Shown in pieces: positions 20,172-31,369 of a stretch of 64,000 bases of DNA. Numbering within the stretch: position 1 is the first letter of the stretch; every line of letters starts with the position of its first letter. This DNA comes from Planctomycetota bacterium (lineage in GTDB: Bacteria > Planctomycetota > UBA1135 > UBA2386): contig JBKAGP010000001.1 of NCBI GenBank assembly GCA_046290465.1, forward strand, positions 5,984,001 through 6,048,000, written 5' to 3'. The position numbers were made by a program, and so were the translations under genes. The notes beneath the pieces are model-generated. The model had not been told where the DNA came from. It saw only the letters and a list, made by a program, of their open reading frames with translations, and did no database searches.

Positions 20172-20521
20172 CCCTCGAACACGTGCCGCCGCTGCGCGAA
20201 CTGCTGCACGCGTAGGTTGCTGACCTCGACGCCGTCCTCGGCGAGGTGCGCGGCCTGGCGCTCGGCCGCGTCCGGTTGCTGCGACAGGCGGCCGCCGGCC
20301 GCGACGCAGCGCCACCACGGCACGTCGCTGTCCGGAGGTACGGCGGCCATCGCGTAGCCGACGTGGCGCGCGACGTTCTTGCTGCCGAGTGCTGCGCCGA
20401 CGTCGCCGTAGGTGGTGACCGATCCCGCCGGCACCTGCCGCACGAGCGCGAACACCTGCTCGTGGAAGCCCGGCCCGACGATGCGTCTGGGGCCATGGCG
20501 GGCGGGGTCGTAGGGAGGCAT
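20168..20521 (-). CDS. MGMT-family alkyltransferase-like (ATL) DNA-binding protein
   Basis: VPAGSVTTYGDVG, ARHVG, VPWWRCV (Trp in place of the PCHR cysteine), LAEDGV. Confidence 0.85.
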   Translation of the reverse strand: MPPYDPARHGPRRIVGPGFHEQVFALVRQVPAGSVTTYGDVGAALGSKNVARHVGYAMAAVPPDSDVPWWRCVAAGGRLSQQPDAAERQAAHLAEDGVEVSNLRVQQFAQRRHVFEG

Positions 20522-20637
20522 ACGAATTCGGAGAAAGCGGCGGACGGCGCGAAACCGTGGGGCAACACGGGACCCATACACCATGCCAGGGGACCCTTGA
20601 TTCGGGTGTATGGACTCCGTACGAAGACCGGCGAAGG

Positions 20638-22383
20638 ATGGCTACGGGAAGGAAGACCGGCGAGAAGGGGACCGCCGACACGCCGGGCGGTTCCCACCTG
20701 CCCCTGACGCTGGTCCAGGTGGCAGGCTACCTGCTGCCCGGTGTCGAGCTGAAGCAGTTCTTGCTGTGGCCTCCGGACCTGTTCGCCCTGACCAGCATGT
20801 CGCTGGACGTGTCAGGTGCCTACATCGCAGCGGTCGCAGATCGTCTCGATCTCGATCCCGAACGCGGCTTCTTGAGCCGCGCGTGGCGCGAGCAGGTGGA
20901 GCAGGCGGCGGCGCAGTGGCGCAGCAACCTCGAGGTCGCAGTCGTCAGCCAGTTCCTGCTGCACCGACGCCAGGCGAGACCGTTGGGGCGCACCGTCGCA
21001 GGTCGCATGAAGCAGTTCGTGCCCGACCTGGTCGAGCAGCTTTGGAAGGCCTTGCGCAAGGTCGTGACGCCGTTGGACCAAACCAAGGGCGGCCACACCG
21101 AGAGCATCAGCAAACTTAACCATGAGCCCAAACTCGCCAAGGCGCGTGAGGCCGTGCTGACGCTACATGCGATCGCCGATTCCGCGTGTGCCGGCTGGGG
21201 GGTCGCCGTGGCGGCGGATTCGGAGGACGACGACACTCCGGACCCGGCCGGCCACATCGTTCGACAGCACTTGCGGGACTTCCATACCCTGAGTTCGATC
21301 CACGCGGATCGCGGCGTCGTGTTGCCGAAACTGCACACGTCGCAGGTCGGCATGACGCTGCGTTCGCTGTCGCTGCACCTGTCGTTCCATCGCACCTCGA
21401 TGCCCATCAAGTTGGTCGAGCACGAGGTCGAAACGCGCGCGCCGATGAACGTGCTGTTGTTGCCGTGGCCGCTCGAGACACGCGCCCTTGATTTCAAGAA
21501 GGTCCGCAGGGATCCGGTCGTCCGAGAGGGGTTCGGCTACTTCTCGTACGAGCCGCGCTCGATGGAGATGCTCGCCAAGCTCGACGAGGTGCTGCAGAAC
21601 GCCAGGCGCGAGTGCGGCGGCGTGGACATGGTCGTGTTTCCGGAGTGCGCGATCGCCGAGACCAGCCTGCACGAGTTCGAGAAGGTGATGCAGGCGCACG
21701 ACGTCGGTTGCTACATCGCGGGGGTCCACAAGCCCCCTGGGGAAGACGGGCAGCTGGGCGAGAACCTCGCCGTCGTCAAGACTGGCGGCGCGGGTAGGGC
21801 CGCGTTTGCCAACTCGCTCTGCCGACAGCACAAGCATCACCGCTGGCGCTTGGATGCATCGCAGATCGTGGCCTACCAGCTCGGTGGCATCCTGGATCTC
21901 GACGAGAAGTGGTGGGAAGCGATCCGCATCCATGAGCGATCGGTCTCGTTCGTCTCACTCGGACCCGACATCACGTTGTGCCCGCTGATCTGTGAGGATC
22001 TGGCACGGCAGGAGCCGGTGTCCGAGATCCTCCGCAGCTTCGGCCCATCGTTGGTCGTGTCCCTGCTGATGGATGGTCCCCAGTACCGATCGCGATGGTC
22101 GGCGCAGTACGCCAGCGTGTTGGCGGATGATCCCGGCAGCTCCGTGCTCACGCTGACGTCTCTGGGCATGGTCAAGCGGTGGCGGTCCCCGTTCCTGGAG
22201 CGCCGTCCGATCGTTGCCCTCTGGAAGGACTCGTACGGGCCTGCTGTCGAGATCCCGCTGGAAGACGACAAGTACGGTGTGCTGCTGACCCTCAGTGCCC
22301 GGCGGAACAGCGAGTACTCCGCGGATGGCCGACGAGCCGATGGCAGGGTCACCATCACGCTGGGGGGCTGGCAGTCCGTGTAG
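20638..22383 (+). CDS. Hypothetical protein with C-terminal carbon-nitrogen hydrolase (nitrilase) fold
   Basis: E-K-C triad motifs MVVFPEC, QHKHHRW and PLICEDLAR; ~270-aa uncharacterised N-terminal region. Confidence 0.7.
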   Translation: MATGRKTGEKGTADTPGGSHLPLTLVQVAGYLLPGVELKQFLLWPPDLFALTSMSLDVSGAYIAAVADRLDLDPERGFLSRAWREQVEQAAAQWRSNLEVAVVSQFLLHRRQARPLGRTVAGRMKQFVPDLVEQLWKALRKVVTPLDQTKGGHTESISKLNHEPKLAKAREAVLTLHAIADSACAGWGVAVAADSEDDDTPDPAGHIVRQHLRDFHTLSSIHADRGVVLPKLHTSQVGMTLRSLSLHLSFHRTSMPIKLVEHEVETRAPMNVLLLPWPLETRALDFKKVRRDPVVREGFGYFSYEPRSMEMLAKLDEVLQNARRECGGVDMVVFPECAIAETSLHEFEKVMQAHDVGCYIAGVHKPPGEDGQLGENLAVVKTGGAGRAAFANSLCRQHKHHRWRLDASQIVAYQLGGILDLDEKWWEAIRIHERSVSFVSLGPDITLCPLICEDLARQEPVSEILRSFGPSLVVSLLMDGPQYRSRWSAQYASVLADDPGSSVLTLTSLGMVKRWRSPFLERRPIVALWKDSYGPAVEIPLEDDKYGVLLTLSARRNSEYSADGRRADGRVTITLGGWQSV

Positions 22384-22493
22384 TCGATCGGCCCGATGCG
22401 AAATGCCCGTCGAGCAACGGTTTCCGGTCCCTGCCGAAGGATTCGGCGTCACCGGCACGATACATTCACCGAGATCCCCTGTTCAGATCCTCC

Positions 22494-22913
22494 ATGGACA
22501 CCGCTCGCACACGAATGATGCTCGTCGAAGTCGCAACGACCTGGCTCGCAAAGCCAGATCGTGCGAGGCGCATGCTGGAAGACTTCGTGCACTACCTCGA
22601 GGTGCGCGACCGGCACGAGGATGCACAGTTGCTCCGGGGCGCCGGCGACAGCATGAGCAGCATCGTCGAGGACGCGCACGGGCTGCGCGACCACGCGGAC
22701 GAGCATGCGAACCTGGGCTACTTCATCTACAAGTCGATCGCCGCTGCGAATCCCGAAGAGCTCGGTCGAGAAGCCCTGGCCGGCTCGGTCGCCTTCCTGA
22801 CCGCGATCTTGAATCGGGTGCGCTCCCGCGCTCAGGGTGGCTGGAGCGACGAAGATCGAGCCAGGCTGGTCGAGTTTCGGTCGCTGCTGGCCGAACGTCT
22901 GCAAGCAGCCTAG
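22494..22913 (+). CDS. Small helical hypothetical protein
   Basis: MDTARTRMMLVEVATTWL..; protein-like composition; followed by a hairpin. Confidence 0.6.
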   Translation: MDTARTRMMLVEVATTWLAKPDRARRMLEDFVHYLEVRDRHEDAQLLRGAGDSMSSIVEDAHGLRDHADEHANLGYFIYKSIAAANPEELGREALAGSVAFLTAILNRVRSRAQGGWSDEDRARLVEFRSLLAERLQAA

Positions 22914-22914
22914 G

Positions 22915-22939
22915 AGCGCGTCCATGTAGTGGACGCGCT
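22915..22939. terminator. Hairpin between convergent genes
   Basis: Perfect 10-bp inverted repeat AGCGCGTCCA-tgtag-TGGACGCGCT right after stop 22913; no U tract. Confidence 0.45.
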
Positions 22940-23082
22940 GCCGACCGTGATCGCGGAAGCGGCGTGTACGCGTGCGGAAGGGGCTTTGCCCACTAGCGCG
23001 GCCGCGGGCGTCTCGGCACGGTTGGCGTCGTCTGCTCCCAGGAGGGGGACTGGTCCATTGGCGCCCCAATCGATGCGCGCCC

Positions 23083-24294
<1,212 letters not shown>

Positions 24295-24635
24295 GGGGCG
24301 AGCACGATAGTGTCGGAGCGACGCCGCCACCAGCGGTTCGGTGCGTCCGCGGGCGCGCGGGGGGCGAACGGCCGGGCCATGCCGCGACGTCGTCCGTCAG
24401 AATCTGCTGCGCGGCCGTCGCTGCGCGCCGCGCGGTCCTTTGCCGGCGCGGCCGACGCGTGCCCCGCCGCCGCGAAACGGACTGGTTCGACCCTGGCGCG
24501 GACGCGATGCTGGGGGGCGTCGACGGCCGACCCCGGCGACCTCACCGTGCGCATCCAGGATCCGACCAGCCAGCCGTTCGATCGCGAGTCCCGCGGGGTG
24601 CTCGTCGCGGGCTCGCGCGTCCGGGGGGCATCGGC

Positions 24636-25658
24636 GTGAGCGTGCGCCTGGTCGCGGTGGTCGGCGCCGGCGTCGCCGGGCTGTCGTGTGCGCAGCGGCT
24701 GCGGCGTGCGGGCCGGCACGTGGTGCTGTTCGACAAGGGGCGGCGGCCCGGCGGTCGCGTCTCGACGCGGCGCGCCGGGGAGCTGCGCTTCGACCACGGT
24801 GCCCAGTTCTTCACCGCGCGCGACCCTCGCTTCGCCGAGCTGGTCGCTCGACTCGAACGCGACGGCGCGGTGGCCCGATGGCAGGGGCCGTTCGCGACGC
24901 TGCGCGACGGTGAGCGCGGCGACGACCCGCGCCGCGACGCGGTGCGCTACGTCGGCACGCCGGGCATGTCGGGGCTGGCGCGCGTGCTGGCGGCGGACCT
25001 CGACGTGCGGGTCGGCGTGCGCGTCGACCGCGTGCTGCGCCACGGCGATGGCTACGTGCTCGAACTGCAGCCGCACGGCGACGACGCCGTGCGGCGCGAA
25101 GGGCCGTTCGACGAGGTCGTGGTCACGGCGCCGCCGCGGCAGGCGGCCGAACTGCTGCGCGACGTCGACGGCGACGCGCGGCTGGCGGCCGAGCAGCAGT
25201 CGGGGGCGCTGATGCCGAGCCTGTGCGCGATGGCCGCGTTCGAACGGCCGCTGCCAGGTGCCGACGGCGGCATGTTCGTGCTCGACGACGAGGTGCTCGG
25301 CTGGGCCGCGCACGACGGCGGCAAGCCGGGCCGCGGCGGGGCTTGGACCTACGTGCTGCACGGTGCGGCGGTCTGGTCGCTGGCCAACTACGAACGCCCG
25401 GCGGCCGACTATGCGAGAGACCTGCTGGCCGCGTTCGGGCGCGCCCTCGCGATCGACGCCGCGGCGATGCCGGCGCCAACGCACCTGACCGGCCACCGCT
25501 GGGGCTACGCGCTGGCGGCGGGGGATCCGCCGCCGCAGCCGTTCGTGCTGCAGCCCGACGGGCTGGCCGTCTGCGGCGACTGGCTCGGCGGCGGCCGCGT
25601 CGAGGGGGCGTTCGTCAGCGGGCTCGAGTTGGGGGACGCGCTAAGCTGCCGGTCATGA
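24636..25658 (+). CDS. Renalase-like FAD/NAD-dependent oxidoreductase
   Basis: VVGAGVAGL, FDKGRRPGGRVSTRR, FDHGAQFFT, HRWGYA, CGDWLGGGRVEGAFVSG. Confidence 0.9.
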   Translation: MSVRLVAVVGAGVAGLSCAQRLRRAGRHVVLFDKGRRPGGRVSTRRAGELRFDHGAQFFTARDPRFAELVARLERDGAVARWQGPFATLRDGERGDDPRRDAVRYVGTPGMSGLARVLAADLDVRVGVRVDRVLRHGDGYVLELQPHGDDAVRREGPFDEVVVTAPPRQAAELLRDVDGDARLAAEQQSGALMPSLCAMAAFERPLPGADGGMFVLDDEVLGWAAHDGGKPGRGGAWTYVLHGAAVWSLANYERPAADYARDLLAAFGRALAIDAAAMPAPTHLTGHRWGYALAAGDPPPQPFVLQPDGLAVCGDWLGGGRVEGAFVSGLELGDALSCRS

Positions 25659-26860
25659 CGCAGGGACTGTTCGCGAACGGTCGCGGACGCGTGCTCGTGT
25701 TCTGCTGGCTCGGTTGGGTCTTCGACTTCTACGACCTGATCCTGTTCAGCTTCCTCAAGCACGGCATCGCCGACGAACTCGGCCTGCCGCTCGACGGGGC
25801 GGTGGCGTGGATCGAGGGCTGGTCGCTGCTGGCGACCGCGGTGGGTGGGTTCGCGTTCGGCCGCGTCGCCGACCGCATCGGCCGCCGGCAGGCGATGGTC
25901 TGCAGCATCGTCGTGTTCTCGCTCGGGGCGCTGTGGACCGGCATCGCCGACGGCTTCTGGTCGCTGCTCCTGGCGCGCATCGTGACCGGCCTCGGGGTCG
26001 GCGGCGAATGGGGGATCGGCCATGCGGTGGTCGCCGACTACTGGCACCAACGGCAGCGCGACCGCGTGCACGGGATCCTGCAGGCCGGCAGCCCGGTCGC
26101 GATGGCGCTGGCCGCGGCGGTCGCGTGCTTCGTCGCGCCGCTCGACGGGGTCGGCTGGCGCGCGGTGTTCGTCGGCTCGGCGGTACTCGGCCTGCTGGCG
26201 CTCGCGGGGCGCTGGGCGATGCCTGGCCCGGACCGCGCCGTGGCCGCCGGGGCCGCGGTGCCGGCGAGGCTGCTGTTCTCGCCGCCGCACCGACGCACGA
26301 GCGTGGTGCTGCTCGCGATCCTGACGCTGCACATGGCCGGCTTCTGGTGCGTCTACGCCGAACTGCCGGTGCGGCTGATCCGCGAGCACCGGGTGCCGAC
26401 CTCGCAGGTCGGCTGGTTCCAGATCCAGGTCAACAGCGTGCACGTCGTCGCCGACGTGCTGTTCGGCTACCTCGCGGCGCGGCTCGGCCGGGTGCGCATC
26501 TTCGTCGCGTTCTGTCTGGTGTTCGCCGCCGGCCAGGCGCTGGTGCTGGGCGCGCTCGACGACGTGCGGCAGGACTTCTCGACGTTCACGCTGGCGATCG
26601 CGCTGATGGGGCTCGGGGCCGGCACCTGGTCGTGCTTTGGCGCGCTGTTCGGGCAGCACTACCCGGCGGCGCTGCGCGCGACCGCCGCGGCGCTGTTCTA
26701 CGCGTTGGCGCGCGGCGTGCAGTTGCCGACCAAGCCGGCCATCGGCGCGGCGATGGCGGCGGCGGACTCGTTCGCGCCGGCGCTGTGGGTGGGCATCGCC
26801 TGCGCGCTCGGCTCGGCCGCGCTGGTGCTCCTGCTGCCGCGGCCGCGCGCGGCGGAATAG
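25655..26860 (+). CDS. MFS transporter (NanT/aromatic acid-like)
   Basis: WVFDFYDL, GRVADRIGRR, GLGVGGEW; ATGA overlap with the upstream gene. Confidence 0.9.
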   Translation: MTQGLFANGRGRVLVFCWLGWVFDFYDLILFSFLKHGIADELGLPLDGAVAWIEGWSLLATAVGGFAFGRVADRIGRRQAMVCSIVVFSLGALWTGIADGFWSLLLARIVTGLGVGGEWGIGHAVVADYWHQRQRDRVHGILQAGSPVAMALAAAVACFVAPLDGVGWRAVFVGSAVLGLLALAGRWAMPGPDRAVAAGAAVPARLLFSPPHRRTSVVLLAILTLHMAGFWCVYAELPVRLIREHRVPTSQVGWFQIQVNSVHVVADVLFGYLAARLGRVRIFVAFCLVFAAGQALVLGALDDVRQDFSTFTLAIALMGLGAGTWSCFGALFGQHYPAALRATAAALFYALARGVQLPTKPAIGAAMAAADSFAPALWVGIACALGSAALVLLLPRPRAAE

Positions 26861-26867
26861 CGATCGA

Positions 26868-28085
26868 CTAGACGGCGGCCGGCTCGGGCTTGCGTTCGCG
26901 GAACAGCAGCACGAACACCACCAGGATCGCCAGGGCACCCAGGCACGGCAGCCACCAGATCTGGCCCCAGTCGACGACGGTCGACGCGCCTTCGCCGGTG
27001 GTGTTGTCGACGACGATGCCGGTCATGATCTGCGCGCCGAGATACATGCCGAGTCCCTGCGTCATGATGACCAGGAAGCTCTGCGCCTGGCCGCGGATCT
27101 CCGGCCGGGCCTGCCGGTCGACGTAGATCTGGCCGGTGACGAAGAAGAAGTCGTAGCAGATGCCGTGCAGCAGGATGCCGCCGAGCACCATCCAGGCGAC
27201 CGGCTCGGCGCCGGCGCCGAAGCTCCACAGGCCGTAGCGCACGACCCACGCGGCCATGCCGATCGCGAGCATCTTCTTGACGCCGAGCTTTGCGAAGCAC
27301 AGCGGCATCACCAGCATGAAGCCGACCTCGGCCCACTGCCCGAACGCCGTGTAGAAGCCCGGGTCCTCCCAGACCGTTCCGGCGAACTGGTTGCCGAAGC
27401 TGTAGTAGCCGGCCAGCGGGATGCAGATCAGGAACGAGCACAGCAGGAACACCACGAACGCCGGCCGCTTCATCAGTTCCAGCGCACCGAGGCCGAGCGT
27501 CTCGCTGACGCTGACCTGCTTGCCGGCGAGCGGCGGCGGCGTGCGCGGCAGGATCCAGCTGAGCACGGCCATCGCGATCGAGCTGTAGCCGGCGATCGTG
27601 AACATGATCGGGTCCTTGTCGCCGTCGAGCCCCTTGCTGACCAGCGTGACCGCGGCGATCCAGCCGAGCGTGCCGAACACCCGCGCGATCGGGAACTGGC
27701 GCTCCGGGTGCTCGATGTGCGTGAACGCGACCGTGTTCGACAGGCCGAGCGTCGGCATGTAGCACAGCATGTAGACCAGCACGTACCACTCGAACGCCGC
27801 CGCATCCTTGGTCTCGATCGAGCCCGGGATCAGCACCAGCATGGTGACGCCGCCGAGCAGGTGCATGATCGCGAGCACGCGCTGCGACGCGAAGAACCGG
27901 TCGGCGATCAGGCCGAGGAACAGCGGCGAGATCATCGCGGCGATCGGACCGGCCGAGTAGACCCAGCCGGTGGTCGACTGCTCCCAGCCCATCTCGGGCA
28001 CGAACGTGCCGGCGGTCACGTACCAACTCCCCCAGACGAAGAACTGGAGGAACATCATCACACACAGGAGAGGGAACTTCGGCAT
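26868..28085 (-). CDS. Nucleoside:H+ symporter (NupG/YegT-like MFS)
   Basis: MMFLQFFVWGSW, IADRFFASQR, YMPTLGLSN, RVFGTLGWI, LHGICYDFFFVTGQIY. Confidence 0.92.
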   Translation of the reverse strand: MPKFPLLCVMMFLQFFVWGSWYVTAGTFVPEMGWEQSTTGWVYSAGPIAAMISPLFLGLIADRFFASQRVLAIMHLLGGVTMLVLIPGSIETKDAAAFEWYVLVYMLCYMPTLGLSNTVAFTHIEHPERQFPIARVFGTLGWIAAVTLVSKGLDGDKDPIMFTIAGYSSIAMAVLSWILPRTPPPLAGKQVSVSETLGLGALELMKRPAFVVFLLCSFLICIPLAGYYSFGNQFAGTVWEDPGFYTAFGQWAEVGFMLVMPLCFAKLGVKKMLAIGMAAWVVRYGLWSFGAGAEPVAWMVLGGILLHGICYDFFFVTGQIYVDRQARPEIRGQAQSFLVIMTQGLGMYLGAQIMTGIVVDNTTGEGASTVVDWGQIWWLPCLGALAILVVFVLLFRERKPEPAAV

Positions 28086-28184
28086 GGCCGGCCGATGATG
28101 GCGCGGCCGGGCTCGGGACACCAGCGGAGAGGTGCTGCGTGCCGGTGACGCCGTGTGGTTGGCGAGATATCGTCGACTTTCGAC

Positions 28185-28212
28185 TCCGGTTTTCTCGCCG
28201 CACTCGCCCATG
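28185..28212 (+). promoter_or_regulatory. Candidate ECF autoregulatory promoter
   Basis: TCCGGTTT-N13-GCCCATG; the same motif and spacing recur at 33014-33041. Confidence 0.45.
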
Positions 28213-28263
28213 AAGGAAGACGACGCCTCCGCGGCTGCTCGCGCAGCATCCGCGGCCCGCTCC

Positions 28264-28848
28264 ATGTCCACTCCCTCTCCACAGCCGGACGGTCTACGGA
28301 CCGACCTGGACGCGTTCTGCACGCGCTGCTACCCGCTCGTCGAACGGCGGGTGCAGCGGTTGCTGTCGCGCGACATCCGGCGCAATCGTCCGTGGCTGGA
28401 TTCGGTGCTCAGCACGGGCGACGTCGTGCACGACGTGTTCCTCGGGGTCGTGCGGGACCACGGGGCGTTCCGCGGTCAGGCCGAGGCCTCGATGGTTGCC
28501 TATCTGGCGCGGCTGGTGCGCAACCGCCTGATCGACGCGGTGCGCTTCCACGAGGCGTCGGTTCGCGACCAGCGCCGCAACGAGCCGGTCGACCTCGATC
28601 GCCCCCGCAGCCAGCGGTCGCCCGGCGGTGAGGTCGTGCACGCAGAAGAGCTGCGGCAGTTCCACCGGGCCCTGGCATCGTTCGGCGAGCGCGAACGCGC
28701 GATCCTGCAGGCGCGGCTCGAGGACGCCATGCCGTTCGCGCACCTGGCCCGGACGTTCGGCTATCGCTCTGCGGACAGCGCGCGCAAGGCCTTCCACGCG
28801 CTGCAGGCGCGGCTGGTCGTGCGCATGCGCTCGGGGGGCGGCACGTGA
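28264..28848 (+). CDS. ECF sigma factor (Ser/Thr kinase-associated, planctomycete type)
   Basis: STGDVVHDVFL, YLARLVRNRLIDAVR, region-4 HTH (LARTFG..SADSARK); GTGA overlap with the kinase gene. Confidence 0.85.
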   Translation: MSTPSPQPDGLRTDLDAFCTRCYPLVERRVQRLLSRDIRRNRPWLDSVLSTGDVVHDVFLGVVRDHGAFRGQAEASMVAYLARLVRNRLIDAVRFHEASVRDQRRNEPVDLDRPRSQRSPGGEVVHAEELRQFHRALASFGERERAILQARLEDAMPFAHLARTFGYRSADSARKAFHALQARLVVRMRSGGGT

Positions 28849-31340
28849 GCAGCGACGATCGCGAGACGGACGAACGGGTGGCCGACCTGGTCGAGCAGGT
28901 GCTCGAGCTGCGCGCCAGCGGTGCGGCGCCGGACCTGCTGGCGATGGCCGGCGGCGACGACGCCCTGTGCCGCCGCCTCGAGCAGGCACTCGAGGATCTC
29001 GAGGCCTTGCCGGCGATGTTCGGGCCGGCGATGTTCGGTGCGGTCGGCGGCGACGACGCATGGCTCGGGCGGATCCTGGGCGAGCGCTTCGAACTGGTCG
29101 AACGCATCGGAGCCGGTGCCATGGGCATGGTCTACCGTGCCAACGATCGTGTGCTCGGCCGCGACGTCGCGGTCAAGCTGCTGCGGTCCGAGCTGCCGGT
29201 CGGCGAGCGCATGGCCGCCCGCCTCGAACGCGAGGCCGAAGTGCTGGCCAACATCCGCGATCGCAACGTGATCACGGTGTTCGATCGCGGGCGCACCGGG
29301 GACGGCCGGGCGTTCTTCGTGATGGACCTGCTGCGCGGCGAGAGCCTGGTCTCGTTCCTCGCCGGCGGCGGGCTCGATGGACCGGCGCGGCTCGAACGAT
29401 TCCGGGCGCGGCTGGGCGGGCTTGCGACCTCACGCAGCGACCTGCGCACCGTCGCTGGCTGGCTGGTGCAGGCCTGCGCCGGGGTGCAGGCGGCGCACGA
29501 CTCGGGTGTGCTGCACCGCGACCTCAAACCGTCGAACCTGTTCGTCGAGCGCGACGGTCGGGTCGTCGTGCTCGACTTCGGGATCGGCTCGGTGCACGCG
29601 TCGCAGACGCTCGGCTCCGACGGTTCGCCGCTCGGCACCCCGGCCTACATGGCGCCCGAGCAGCTCGGCGAGGCGACGGTCGACGCGCGCACCGACGTCT
29701 ACGGACTCGCCGCGACGCTCTACCACCTGGTGACGGGCAAGGCGCCGTTCGACGGCGCCGTCGCGCGCGTGCTGCACGGCGTCGCCCGGCAGGAGCCGCC
29801 GGTGGTCGACCGCGTTCGTCCCGGCGTGCCGCGAGACCTCGCCGCCATCGTCGAGAAGGGCATGGACAAGGATCCGGCGCGTCGATACGCGTCGGCGGCC
29901 GAACTCGGCGCCGACCTCGAGGCCTGGCTGGAACATCGGCCGGTCGAGGCGCGACGGATGTCGTTGTTGCGGCGAACGGCGCGGCGCGTTGCCAGCAACG
30001 CCTCGGCACGGGCTGCGGCCGGTGTGTTGCTGCTGGTCGTTCTGGTGCTCGGCGCCTTTTGGTGGCGCGCGGCTGCGGCAGAGCGCGACCGATCGCTGTG
30101 GCTGGACGACTTCGAGCGGATCGGGTCGTCGCTGGTCAACGACCTGCCGACGCTGCGCTCGACCAACGCGCTGGTGCGCAGCGAGCGGCTGCAGCAGGGG
30201 CTGGACCGGATGGTGGGTCTGGCGGTGTATCCGGGGATCTCGCTCGGCCTGCGCGCCGTCAACCGGATCGACCTCGCGGACCACGCGGGTGCCGCGCGCG
30301 ACCTCGAACGGATCGCCGACGTCGGGCCGGCACCGTTTGCGCTGGCCCTCGCGGCCGAACTGCGTGCCGGCCGGGCGGACCCGCTACCGCTGCTGTCCGG
30401 CGAACGTGCGCCCGAGCTCGGCTGCGATGCCGACCGGTTCGTCGCGGTGCTGCTCGGGATGCGCCTGGCATGGGCGGCACCGGCCTGGATCGAAGCCGTG
30501 CTCGCCGGCTGCGACGACCCGGCCCGCCCCGGCCTTGCCGACCTGGTCGTGCTGCAGCGCTTCCGGGGCACGTTCGCACTGGATGGCGGGCCCGACGGCA
30601 CGCGCGAGCGCCATGCGGTGCTCGACGACACGGCCCGTCTGCGCGCGCGTCGCGGCGCGACGTCCGGCGTGTTGCTGCACGTTCGTGCCAACGTGCTGCT
30701 GCGGTTGGGGCGCGCCGGAGAAGCGCTCGCAGTCGCCAGCGAAGGCATCGCGCTGTGCCCCGACGACTACCTGTTCCACCTCGCGCACGGACACGCGGCG
30801 TACTTGCGCGGTCGGTTCGAGGCGGCGCTGGCTTCGCTGCAGGCGGCGACCTCGCTGCAGCCGTCGTCGCTGCGCGCCCACCGGATGAGCAACGACACGC
30901 TGCTCGAGCTCGGGCGCTTCGACGAGGCGGCCGAGCAGATCGACCGGGTGCCGTGGCAGCTCGATGCGCGCGGCGCCGCCTGGCGATGCGAACAGGAGGC
31001 GTTGCTCGCGTTCGCGCGCGGTTGCCACCGGCTGGCCGATCCGGCGGCCGACGACGGCGCCGCCGCTGCGAGCTTCGCCCTGGCGCGCGAGCGATTCGTG
31101 CGCGCCCGGCAGCTCAGCGGTTCTGGGCCGGGCTTCGAGGAATGGGTGTGTGCCGCGCGGGCCGGCGAGCGGTCGGCGTTCACCCGAGTGCTCGAATCGG
31201 TGTTGGCGACGCCCGCGGACGCGCACGCGCTCGAACGCCTGTCCTACGTGTTGCCCCCGAAGTTCTCGGAGGAGGAGATCCGGTTGCTCGCGCAACTGCT
31301 CCGATCCCAGGCGGCCGCGCTCGAGGGGCGCGATCGCTAG
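28845..31340 (+). CDS. Membrane Hanks-type Ser/Thr protein kinase with TPR-like C-terminal region
   Basis: IGAGAMGMVY, VAVK, HRDLKPSN, DFG, GTPAYMAPEQ, DVYGL; TM segment followed by TPR-like helices. Confidence 0.95.
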   Translation: MSSDDRETDERVADLVEQVLELRASGAAPDLLAMAGGDDALCRRLEQALEDLEALPAMFGPAMFGAVGGDDAWLGRILGERFELVERIGAGAMGMVYRANDRVLGRDVAVKLLRSELPVGERMAARLEREAEVLANIRDRNVITVFDRGRTGDGRAFFVMDLLRGESLVSFLAGGGLDGPARLERFRARLGGLATSRSDLRTVAGWLVQACAGVQAAHDSGVLHRDLKPSNLFVERDGRVVVLDFGIGSVHASQTLGSDGSPLGTPAYMAPEQLGEATVDARTDVYGLAATLYHLVTGKAPFDGAVARVLHGVARQEPPVVDRVRPGVPRDLAAIVEKGMDKDPARRYASAAELGADLEAWLEHRPVEARRMSLLRRTARRVASNASARAAAGVLLLVVLVLGAFWWRAAAAERDRSLWLDDFERIGSSLVNDLPTLRSTNALVRSERLQQGLDRMVGLAVYPGISLGLRAVNRIDLADHAGAARDLERIADVGPAPFALALAAELRAGRADPLPLLSGERAPELGCDADRFVAVLLGMRLAWAAPAWIEAVLAGCDDPARPGLADLVVLQRFRGTFALDGGPDGTRERHAVLDDTARLRARRGATSGVLLHVRANVLLRLGRAGEALAVASEGIALCPDDYLFHLAHGHAAYLRGRFEAALASLQAATSLQPSSLRAHRMSNDTLLELGRFDEAAEQIDRVPWQLDARGAAWRCEQEALLAFARGCHRLADPAADDGAAAASFALARERFVRARQLSGSGPGFEEWVCAARAGERSAFTRVLESVLATPADAHALERLSYVLPPKFSEEEIRLLAQLLRSQAAALEGRDR

Positions 31341-31369
31341 TCGTTCTCGCTCCCTCGCTCTCGACCAAG

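Noticed and set aside
24379..24639. Small ORF or gene remnant upstream of the renalase-like gene
   Set aside because: Only a short stretch (GDLTVRIQDPTSQPFD) looks protein-like; insufficient support.
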